Positions 7,735 through 16,101 of a stretch of 33,968 bases of DNA are shown piece after piece. Source of the DNA: a virus; IMG/VR virus record IMGVR_UViG_3300045988_136498. One strand, 5' to 3'. Position 1 is the first letter of the stretch; each line of letters begins with the position of its first letter. Made by a program: the position numbers and the translations under genes. The notes under the pieces were generated by a model. That model did not search any database. It was given only the letters and a program-made list of their open reading frames with translations, and was not told where the DNA came from.

Positions 7735-7794
7735 ATTCTCTTCCTTTCTGCCCTCGTGACCGCCGGGGCGGCGCTTCTCTTGTTTCGATAACTC

Positions 7795-7823
7795 ATTATA
7801 CTATGCCGACATAGAAAAGCCAA
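7795..7823 (-). promoter_or_regulatory. Sigma-70-type promoter for the leftward cassette
   Basis: The minus strand reads TTGGCT, then 17 nt, then TATAAT. Confidence 0.65.
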
Positions 7824-8007
7824 TAGATTTTTTGCGGATTTTGCAAAAAAAATCAAATAAAAACGGCGACGGAACGCGCGCGCACGCGCGAGGGAAAAAT
7901 GTTCGCGCCGTTCGTTTCAGAGCGCTTAAAATAGAAGCATAGGAATGGGGGCGGAGGCCTCCGAGATCCTGCTTTCATACACCCCCCTTTAGCGATCCCG
8001 CTCTTCC

Positions 8008-8547
8008 TTGCGGGATCTTTTTCATTCGCAAGAAAAGGCGGTGGAATTGTTTTTGGGAAAGAAGAAGACGAGATACGAAGAATTGGGGATCGCCGAGAAG
8101 CTCGACAGCATCAGAGGTTGGGCGCTCCATGGCGGAAAGAAGGCCGTGGCGCAGCATCTCGGCATCGCGCAGAGCACGCTCGCGGCGTGGATCGGGCGTT
8201 ATCCTGACTTGGCGGAGGCCGTGAAAAAAGGCGTCGACGAGAGTAACGGAGAGTTGTTGACGTCGGCATTCGACATGGCGCGCGGATATGAGCGCGACGT
8301 CCAGGAGGTCGTGAAGGTCAAGATTCAACGCATTGATCCGGAGACGGGGAAGATCTTAACGGAGGAGCGGGCGGAGCTTGTGGAGCTGAAGAGATTTTTC
8401 CCGCCGGATCCAAGGATGAATCAGTTCCTTTTGGCGAATCGGCTGAGGGCCGATTACAGAAAGACGCCGGAGCCGGAGCAGCCGGCCGACGATAAAGTGG
8501 TGCGGCTTGTGTTCGAAGGCACAGAGGGCGAGGACTTCACCGGATGA
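8008..8547 (+). CDS. terS: Terminase small subunit
   Basis: HTH segment (AQHLGIAQSTLAAWIGRYPDLAEAVKKG) and the motif LLANRLRADYRK. Lies immediately upstream of and overlapping TerL. The start is uncertain: TTG 8008 lies inside a hairpin, and GTG 8041 is an alternative. Confidence 0.7.
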   Translation: MRDLFHSQEKAVELFLGKKKTRYEELGIAEKLDSIRGWALHGGKKAVAQHLGIAQSTLAAWIGRYPDLAEAVKKGVDESNGELLTSAFDMARGYERDVQEVVKVKIQRIDPETGKILTEERAELVELKRFFPPDPRMNQFLLANRLRADYRKTPEPEQPADDKVVRLVFEGTEGEDFTG

Positions 8548-9881
8548 GAACGATCGTGCTCGGAGAACGACCGTCGGCGCCGCAGGAAGCTTTTCTGCGC
8601 GCGCGGGCGCGGCATATCGGATACGGCGGCGCACGTGGCGGCGGTAAAAGCTGGGCGATGCGAACGAAGCTCCTGCTGCTGGGCGGCGCGTACGAAGGCA
8701 TTCAAATGCTGTTGCTGCGCAGAACGCTTCCGGAGCTTAACGAGAACCATGTTCTGCCGCTGCTGCGGCAGCTGAACGGCGTTGCGAAATTCAACAACCA
8801 ACGGAAAGAGTTTCTCTTTCCGAACGGCAGCCGCATCAAGCTGGGATACTGCGCCGCGGAAAAGGATGTGTATCAGTACCAGGGGCAGGAATACGACGTG
8901 ATCGGGATGGAAGAGGCGACGCATTTCTCGGATGACCAGCGGATTTTTTTAACGACGTGCAACAGATCGATTCGAGCGGATTTCTCGCCGCGCATGTACT
9001 ACACCGCAAATCCGGGCGGGGTCGGACATGCATGGTTTAAACGGCTGTTTATCGACAGAAGATACCAAAACAAAGAGCGCGCGGAAGACTATGTCTTTAT
9101 CCCGGCGCGCGTATACGATAACAAGGTGCTCATGCGAAACAATCCGGAGTACGCGGAGACGCTTGAGAATCTGCCGCCAGATCTGCGCCGGGCGCATCTC
9201 GATGGCGACTGGGATGTGTTCGCAGGGCAGTATTTCACACAGTTCAGACGCGATCTGCATGTCATAGAACCGTTCGAAATACCACAATGGTGGCCACGAT
9301 ACAGGGCCATAGACTACGGGCTGGATTGCGCCGCGTGCATATGGGCCGCGTTCGATGAGCTGGGCAATGCGTATGTGTATCGCGAATACGCCGAAAAAAA
9401 CAAGGTGATCTCGGAGGCTGCGCATGACATTTTAGATTTAACGCCGAACGATGAAAACATAGAGATGACGTTCGCGCCGGAGGACATGTGGGGGAGATCG
9501 CGAGAATCGGGAGCGACGCAGGACGAGCTGTTCGGGACGTCTGGACTGCTGCTGTGCAAGGTAAGGCAGCCGAGGGTGTCCGGATGGCTGAATCTTGCAG
9601 AGTGGCTCAAGCCCATCAACGATGGGACGGGCGCGCGGGCGAGGCTTAGGATCTTTTCGAACTGCGCAAGAATCATCAGCGAGCTGCCGCAGCTGCAGCA
9701 CGACAAACGGAACGCATCCGACGTGGCGCAGGATCCGCATGAGATCACGCATCTGCCGGATGCGCTTCGGTATCTTATGGCAGGGCGGCCGCAGTGCGCG
9801 ACAGCGCCTCTGGCCAGAGATTATGATGGCGCCCCGACAGAGGCGGAGCAGCTGCAGAGCTTCCTGGGATATGGACGGTAA
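8544..9881 (+). CDS. terL: Terminase large subunit
   Basis: Walker A-like GGARGGGKS and Walker B-like DVIGMEEA. 445 aa, in the position expected relative to TerS and portal. Confidence 0.9.
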   Translation: MRTIVLGERPSAPQEAFLRARARHIGYGGARGGGKSWAMRTKLLLLGGAYEGIQMLLLRRTLPELNENHVLPLLRQLNGVAKFNNQRKEFLFPNGSRIKLGYCAAEKDVYQYQGQEYDVIGMEEATHFSDDQRIFLTTCNRSIRADFSPRMYYTANPGGVGHAWFKRLFIDRRYQNKERAEDYVFIPARVYDNKVLMRNNPEYAETLENLPPDLRRAHLDGDWDVFAGQYFTQFRRDLHVIEPFEIPQWWPRYRAIDYGLDCAACIWAAFDELGNAYVYREYAEKNKVISEAAHDILDLTPNDENIEMTFAPEDMWGRSRESGATQDELFGTSGLLLCKVRQPRVSGWLNLAEWLKPINDGTGARARLRIFSNCARIISELPQLQHDKRNASDVAQDPHEITHLPDALRYLMAGRPQCATAPLARDYDGAPTEAEQLQSFLGYGR

Positions 9882-9891
9882 GGAGGATGAA

Positions 9892-10101
9892 ATGGGATAT
9901 ATCATCAGTGCGGTGATAGGATCGGTGTTTGGCGCGACGATGTTTGCGATCGGATTCAAATGCGGTCGATTTTTAAAAAAAACAGATCAAGAGCCGCATG
10001 AGGAGCCGCAGAAGTCGGAGACGGACGAGCGTAAGCAACGTGAAGAACAATGGGACAACCTCATGAGCTATACAGGGAGGAAGCGACGTGAAAATCGATA
10101 G
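9892..10101 (+). CDS. Small membrane protein (69 aa)
   Basis: RBS AAGGAGG. N-terminal TM segment (IISAVIGSVFGATMFAIGF). Confidence 0.55.
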   Translation: MGYIISAVIGSVFGATMFAIGFKCGRFLKKTDQEPHEEPQKSETDERKQREEQWDNLMSYTGRKRRENR

Positions 10102-11680
10102 GAGCCCAGTGGGGATCTGGAACGAGTATCAACGCGGGATTGACTACAAAAACGCGATCGACCTTTATGACACGGTCGAAGAGAACGAGAATTTTTTCGT
10201 GGGGAGACAATGGGAGGGCGTGAATGCGCCGGACCTGCAAAAGCCCGTGTTAAACATCCTCCAGCGAGCTGTGGCATATTTCGTAGCAACGATATGTAGC
10301 GACGACGTCGGAACACGGCTTACCGCATTCAAGAATGACGATGAGACGGAAAAGCTCATGCGGACGTTTTCGAAAGACATCGAGCGGATCATGGAGAACG
10401 ACCAAACAAAAGCAAAGTTTCGCGACATCGTGCGAAATGCAGCGGTCGACGGCGATGGATGCATGTATTTCTATTTTGATCCGGACATAAAAACGGGACA
10501 GACCGCTGAGGGCGATGTTCGGTCAGAGGTCGTGGAGAATATCAACGTGATATTTGGGAACCCATACGAGCAGGATGTGCAGCGACAGCCGTATATCATC
10601 ATCGCGCTGCGGAAGCCGGTCGATGAAGTGAGAGACGAAGCGCGCGGGCATGGGATCGAGGATTACGAAGCGATCGTTCCGGATAGTGACGAGAACCAGG
10701 GCGAGCGGGGGAACGGAAACGAACTCTGCACGGTTCTGGTGAAGATTTGGAATGAAGCGCACCGGATCCGTGCGATCAAAACGACGAAAAACGGCATTGT
10801 TCGCAGAGAGTGGACGACTGGAAGCAGCTTGTATCCGATCGCCTGGATGAGCTGGAACAAGATGCGAAAGAGTTGTCATGGACAAGCGGCGGTGACGGGA
10901 CTGATCCCGAATCAAATCTCCATCAACAAGCTTTTTGCGATGCTCATCCGGTCGGTAGAGCTGAATGCTTTCCCAAAAATTGTATACGATAAGAGACTTT
11001 TTGCGAACGGATGGAACAACAGCGTTGGAGAGGCGATTGCGGTAGTGGGGGATCCGTCCCAAGCGGCAGTCAATGTGTTGAGAGGCGGAGACGTTAGCCC
11101 GCAAGTCATGGAGGTCATACAGACATGCATTGCGCTGACCAAAGATTGTATCGGAGCGACAGACGCGGCGCTCGGAAATGTGAGAACAGAGAATGCCGCG
11201 GCATCAGCGATCATTGCGACGCAGCAGGCCTCAGCGGCGCCGCTTGAGCTTCAGAGACGCGCGTTTTTTGATTTCGTTGAGCAAACTGTGCGCATAATCT
11301 TAGACCTCATGGGGGCGTATTACGGAACAAGGAAAGCGATTGCAGAGCCGCAGACAGAGGGCGGCGAGGAAATGACGGTCGACTACAGCGTGATCCCGGA
11401 ACTGATACAGAAGATCGATGTATCGATAGGATCGAGCGCGTATTGGTCGGAGCTGATGCAGATGCAGACTGTTGACAATTTGATGAAAGCAGGGATCATC
11501 ACAGACGCCGTGTTGTATCTGGAAAGCATCCCGGATAAATGGATCCCAAACAAACAAAACATCATTGATGGGATCAAGAACGCTCAGCAGACGGATATGC
11601 CAGAGGACGGCGGACTTGCGAATAGCATGGAGATGCAGATGCGTGAGAATCCGGCGACATATGAAGAGATGCTCGGTTAG
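10088..11680 (+). CDS. Portal protein
   Basis: 530 aa, directly after TerL and before the scaffold and capsid genes. GTG start after AGGGAGGAAG. Confidence 0.8.
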   Translation: MKIDRSPVGIWNEYQRGIDYKNAIDLYDTVEENENFFVGRQWEGVNAPDLQKPVLNILQRAVAYFVATICSDDVGTRLTAFKNDDETEKLMRTFSKDIERIMENDQTKAKFRDIVRNAAVDGDGCMYFYFDPDIKTGQTAEGDVRSEVVENINVIFGNPYEQDVQRQPYIIIALRKPVDEVRDEARGHGIEDYEAIVPDSDENQGERGNGNELCTVLVKIWNEAHRIRAIKTTKNGIVRREWTTGSSLYPIAWMSWNKMRKSCHGQAAVTGLIPNQISINKLFAMLIRSVELNAFPKIVYDKRLFANGWNNSVGEAIAVVGDPSQAAVNVLRGGDVSPQVMEVIQTCIALTKDCIGATDAALGNVRTENAAASAIIATQQASAAPLELQRRAFFDFVEQTVRIILDLMGAYYGTRKAIAEPQTEGGEEMTVDYSVIPELIQKIDVSIGSSAYWSELMQMQTVDNLMKAGIITDAVLYLESIPDKWIPNKQNIIDGIKNAQQTDMPEDGGLANSMEMQMRENPATYEEMLG

Positions 11681-11752
11681 AGAGTGTTTAGATGTTTCGA
11701 AGCGGATATACCAACCGCACCCCGGTCACCATGCCGGGAGAAAGGAATCGAA

Positions 11753-12538
11753 ATGAAAGACGATGAAAAGAAAAACGTTGACCTGGACGACATCGATTTT
11801 GACGCGGAAATCGCAGAAAAGCCGGATGGCCAGGAGAAGGACGAGGCAGAAGAACGGCCGGATGCAGCGGAGCAGACCGGGACCACGCCTCCGAAGGGGA
11901 TCCGCGTAAAATATAATGGGGAAGACAAGGAGCTGACTGAGCCGGAAGCGATTGAATATGCACAGAAGGGCATGAATTATGACAAAATCAAATCGACACT
12001 CGACGCGCTGGAGAAAGACGGCGCACGGGAGGCGCTGGATCTTGTCCGCGGGCTTGCGGAAGAGAATGGAATGAGCGTCGCGGATTATATTAGATTTGCA
12101 GCGGAAAATGCGTCGACTGCGTCGGTGAGTGCTCAGCTTAGACAGATCCAAAAGGAGACGCCGGACCTGCCGGAGGCGGTCGCACGAGAGCTCGCAGAGA
12201 GCCGAGCCGCCAAGCGAACGGAGCAGCTGCGCAAAGCACGGGAAGCAAAAGAACAGGAGCCGTGGGATGAGCTGCTTGCGGCGTATCCGGACGTCAAGGA
12301 CGCGGAAGCGCTTCCGCAAACAGTAAAGGACGCGATCAAGGGCGGGAAAGCCCCGCTCATGGCGATGCGGGAGAACGAGATCGCCGAACTGAAAGCGAAG
12401 CTCGCGCGTATGGAGCAGGAAGGAAAAGCCAAGGAGCAGAACGACAAAAACCGCCAGGATGCGCTGGGCAGCGCGCGGGGAGATGCGAAGGGCAAGCCGG
12501 ATCCGGTGCTCGAGGCACTCATGGCGGAATACGATTAA
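11753..12538 (+). CDS. Scaffolding protein (acidic, coiled-coil)
   Basis: Lies between portal and capsid. Charged, helical composition. RBS GGAGAAAGGAA. The maximal ORF starts at 11684. Confidence 0.6.
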   Translation: MKDDEKKNVDLDDIDFDAEIAEKPDGQEKDEAEERPDAAEQTGTTPPKGIRVKYNGEDKELTEPEAIEYAQKGMNYDKIKSTLDALEKDGAREALDLVRGLAEENGMSVADYIRFAAENASTASVSAQLRQIQKETPDLPEAVARELAESRAAKRTEQLRKAREAKEQEPWDELLAAYPDVKDAEALPQTVKDAIKGGKAPLMAMRENEIAELKAKLARMEQEGKAKEQNDKNRQDALGSARGDAKGKPDPVLEALMAEYD

Positions 12539-12551
12539 GGAGAACGAAAAA

Positions 12552-13607
12552 ATGGGAACAGTGAATTTGCATGTGAACTATAAACAGCCGCTCGTCGAGG
12601 CGTTTGAGCATACAAGCGTACTGACGGGAAAGAGCACGACGGAATTTGACTGGCGCGGAAACAGCGCGATCGTCCTGACGGATATCGAGACGGATGAGCT
12701 GCACGACTATAACAGAACCGCTTCCAGCAATCGCTACGGCACGCCGACGGAAGTGGCTGATCGTCAGCAGCTGCTCGAGCTGCAGAAAGACCGAAGCTTT
12801 TCGAAAACGGTCGATAAAGGGAATTATCAAGAATCGAATTATCTAAAAAAAGGCGCCAGCGTCATTAAAGCGTTCATGAGCGAGCAGGTGTCGCCGGAAA
12901 TGGAGAAATTTGCATTCGGAGAGCTCGCCGGGAATGCAGGGCAGGTCGTGGCCGCAACGTCTGCGCCGACCAAGAGCACGATCCTTGAAACTGTGCTCAG
13001 CGTCGAGACCAAGATGGATGATGCGAGAGTGCCGAAGGCGAATCGCTTTCTTGCGATCGCAAACAGCTATGTAGCGCTGCTGAAACAGTCGCTGCTGGAC
13101 TGCGACGACATCACGGACGAATGGGTGCGGAAAGGCGTGATCGGACGGATCGGGACACTGCATATCCTGCCGACGGTCGGATCGGATCTTCCGACAAATT
13201 GCTACATGATCGGCTGGCAGCGCAGAAGCTTTGCGAACCCCAAAACGATTGAGGATGCGAAAGTCTCTAAGGACGTGCCGGGGATCTCGGGCATCCTCGT
13301 AGAAGGACGCTTCAGATACGGCGCATTCGTCGTTGGGAAACGTGCGAATGGCGTGGTGGCACTGGTGGCGAGCTCTTCGAAGTGTGCGACGCCGACCGCG
13401 ACCAAGAGTACGACGACGGCGATCGCGTCGAGCACAGATGATGCGGTGATCCGATATACGCTGGACGGGTCGGATCCGCGTTACAGCAAAACGGCGATCA
13501 CCTACTCCGCGGCGATCGCGAACCCGGCAGCCGGAACAAAACTGCGCGCTGTGGCAACAAAAAACGGCATGTTTGCATCAGACGTGCTGCATCACACCTG
13601 CGCGTAA
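12552..13607 (+). CDS. Major capsid protein with a C-terminal Ig-like (CHB_HEX_C-like) domain
   Basis: RBS AAGGAGAA. Position after the scaffold gene. C-terminal VIRYTLDGSDPRYSKTAITYSAAI...KLRAVATKNGMFASDV. Confidence 0.75.
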   Translation: MGTVNLHVNYKQPLVEAFEHTSVLTGKSTTEFDWRGNSAIVLTDIETDELHDYNRTASSNRYGTPTEVADRQQLLELQKDRSFSKTVDKGNYQESNYLKKGASVIKAFMSEQVSPEMEKFAFGELAGNAGQVVAATSAPTKSTILETVLSVETKMDDARVPKANRFLAIANSYVALLKQSLLDCDDITDEWVRKGVIGRIGTLHILPTVGSDLPTNCYMIGWQRRSFANPKTIEDAKVSKDVPGISGILVEGRFRYGAFVVGKRANGVVALVASSSKCATPTATKSTTTAIASSTDDAVIRYTLDGSDPRYSKTAITYSAAIANPAAGTKLRAVATKNGMFASDVLHHTCA

Positions 13608-13620
13608 GGGGATCAGAGAT

Positions 13621-13649
13621 AGCGAGGACGGAAAAGATCCGCCCTCGCT
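13621..13649 (+). terminator. Hairpin after the capsid gene (terminator or attenuator-like)
   Basis: AGCGAGGACGG-AAAAGAT-CCGCCCTCGCT, an 11-bp stem with one mismatch. The downstream T tract is weak. Confidence 0.4.
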
Positions 13650-13669
13650 TCTTGCGTATAGGAGGGCAC

Positions 13670-14044
13670 ATGACGGCAAGCGACATTTTTAAAACAGGGG
13701 CGGCGCTGCTCGCAGAAAAACCGGGGGAGGATCCGGACACGGCATATTTTACACCGACGTATTTGTCGATCATTTTAATGGAGTGCCTAGACGCTGAGAA
13801 CACGATGCGAGAGGCGGAAGGCAAGCCGACGCTGGAGACGGCGCCAATAATAACAAGCCTAACACAGGAGATCGAATATAGCGACCGGCTTACGCGGGTA
13901 GCGATCCCATATGCGCTTGCGGCGCACTATTATCGAGAAAACGGCGATAACTATCACGAGCAGATGTTTCGCGCGGAATACGTATCAGCCGTGGCGGAGT
14001 GTCAGCGCGCGAGAAGCGAACGAATCATAGGGGTATACGATTGA
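13670..14044 (+). CDS. Hypothetical structural protein (possible head-tail adaptor position)
   Basis: RBS AGGAGGG. Sits directly after the capsid gene. Confidence 0.5.
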   Translation: MTASDIFKTGAALLAEKPGEDPDTAYFTPTYLSIILMECLDAENTMREAEGKPTLETAPIITSLTQEIEYSDRLTRVAIPYALAAHYYRENGDNYHEQMFRAEYVSAVAECQRARSERIIGVYD

Positions 14045-14054
14045 GGAGGACATC

Positions 14055-16088
14055 ATGCGCCAGATCAACATGGGGACGCCGCAGCAGGTAAACACGTATG
14101 GAAAACAATACACGCAGTTCCGCGGCGTTGACTTCTCAACGGACAGCACACAGGTAAGCGAGGCGAGATCGCCGGCGGCTCAGAATATCGTGTCGGACAT
14201 GTCCGGATTCCCGGAAAAACGTCTCGGTTGGCGATATCTTCACAAGATGAACGCAACGATACACGCGATGTTTTATGCGGTGTTCGCGAACGGAGACAAG
14301 CATCTGTTTGTACACGCGGGCACGGCACTGTATACATGGGACGAGTCGGACGCCGCGCCGGTACAAGCCGTAACGGGACTTGCAGACGCAGAAAGCACTC
14401 ATTTCGTCCACGCGGGGATCTTGTACTTGCTTGACGGAACGACATATTGGAGCGTACGAAAGACAGACGCTGGTTTGTTCGAGAAAAAAGCGGTCGCAGA
14501 GGATGATCCATACATCCCGACCGTGCGTATTTCGATAACAGGCAACGCTGTAACGGCACTTGACGATAAGGGGACACAGACGATAGGTGGCCACACATAC
14601 GTTGAGCATGAAGAGCCGAATTACTTGACGGATCATAGAAAATGCACGATGGTTGGAGATGGGGTATCGACGATATTCCGCTTGCCGGAGAAGCCGGTCA
14701 GCACGGTCGTCAAAGTCACGGTGGAAGGGACCGTGAAAACGGATGGGTATACGCTGGACACAGAAAAGGGAGAGATCACATTCGCAGAAGCGCCGGCGGC
14801 AGCGGAGGCGGGGGCAGGGCTTGCCAATATTGAGATTGAATATACGGTTGAAAGCGAGAAGAATGCGGCGTGCATCAATCGCTGTACGATCGCAGACACC
14901 TTTGGATATTTCAACGACAACAGGTTCTTTCTGTCGGGAGACCCGACGCAGGAATATTGGAACGTAGATTACATGTCGGGCACGGATGATCCGACATATT
15001 TTCCATACGATGGATATGTGAGGATCGGCGCTGATACGTCCAGGATCATGGGATATTTGAAACAGTACGATTCGCAGCTTATCATCAAAGAGGACAACGA
15101 TCAGGATGCACAAATCTATGTGAGAACTGCGTCGTTTGATGATGAGAACGGAACGCTGTTTCCGGTACAGCAGGGAGTGCGCGGCGTGGGCGCCGTGGCG
15201 AAAAGAGCGATGGGGGTGCTGCGGGACGATCCGTTGTTTCTGGCGGAAGAAGGCGTATTCGCAATAACGTCAAGCAGCGTAAAGGAGCACAGATCTGTTC
15301 AGGACAGATCTTTCTTTGTAAACGCCAAGCTGCAAAATGAACCGAACATGGATAAAGCGGTAGCGGCGACGTGGAACGGATATTTTGTTCTATGTTTGAA
15401 TGATCATTGCTACGTAGCAGACGCGCGACAGCAGACGGCCATGAGCAGTACGGAGGAATACGGATACGAATGGTACTACTGGACCAACATCCCGGCAAAA
15501 GTCATGCTGTCGCACGATGGGAGTTTGTATTTTGGATCCAATGATAATGGGGTTTGCAAATTCAACTCGGACATTGCGCGCATGACAAAATACGCAGACG
15601 GCGCCTTTCCGACCATTCCAACGTCACAAATGACAGAGGAAGAGCAGGAGACGTTCGACGCGATCACGGATGCGGAAGAAAAACAACACTACCGAGAGAG
15701 CCTGCGTCCGGGAGTGGCGATAGAGGCCGTGTGGGCGACCCGCTCGGAGACGTTCGGGACAATCACAAACACGAAGAACATCGCCAAAAAGGGATGCGCG
15801 ATCATGATAAAGCCGTACACGAGATCAAGCGTTGAGATTGCATATCTGACGGAGCGCGAGGGAAACACGGAGATACGGAAGGCGATCGCGGATATCTTAG
15901 ACTTCAGCGATATAGACTTTTCAAGGATCACGTTCAACACGTTGGATATGCCGATGGTGATCCCTATCAACCGAAAAATTAAGAAGTTCAATATCTTACA
16001 AATATTCTTGACAAATAGAGAGATCAACGAGGGGTTCGGCGTGTACAGCATTCAGGTGACGTACACGATCGGCGGATACGTGAAGTGA
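14055..16088 (+). CDS. Large virion structural protein (677 aa), putative tail or nozzle component
   Basis: RBS GAGGAGG. Structural-module position. No motif recognised. Confidence 0.6.
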   Translation: MRQINMGTPQQVNTYGKQYTQFRGVDFSTDSTQVSEARSPAAQNIVSDMSGFPEKRLGWRYLHKMNATIHAMFYAVFANGDKHLFVHAGTALYTWDESDAAPVQAVTGLADAESTHFVHAGILYLLDGTTYWSVRKTDAGLFEKKAVAEDDPYIPTVRISITGNAVTALDDKGTQTIGGHTYVEHEEPNYLTDHRKCTMVGDGVSTIFRLPEKPVSTVVKVTVEGTVKTDGYTLDTEKGEITFAEAPAAAEAGAGLANIEIEYTVESEKNAACINRCTIADTFGYFNDNRFFLSGDPTQEYWNVDYMSGTDDPTYFPYDGYVRIGADTSRIMGYLKQYDSQLIIKEDNDQDAQIYVRTASFDDENGTLFPVQQGVRGVGAVAKRAMGVLRDDPLFLAEEGVFAITSSSVKEHRSVQDRSFFVNAKLQNEPNMDKAVAATWNGYFVLCLNDHCYVADARQQTAMSSTEEYGYEWYYWTNIPAKVMLSHDGSLYFGSNDNGVCKFNSDIARMTKYADGAFPTIPTSQMTEEEQETFDAITDAEEKQHYRESLRPGVAIEAVWATRSETFGTITNTKNIAKKGCAIMIKPYTRSSVEIAYLTEREGNTEIRKAIADILDFSDIDFSRITFNTLDMPMVIPINRKIKKFNILQIFLTNREINEGFGVYSIQVTYTIGGYVK

Positions 16089-16101
16089 GGGGAAGATCGG
16101 A

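Noticed and set aside
14136-15113. Long antisense ORF (325 aa) inside the 677-aa structural gene. Similar antisense or alternate-frame ORFs occur at 15996-16694, 16941-17507, 20412-21122, 25604-26149, 27508-28062 and 10523-11104.
   Set aside because: They lie entirely within better-supported sense genes. They are Arg/Ser/Pro/Cys-rich and lack RBSs. This is the expected by-product of GC-rich coding sequence.
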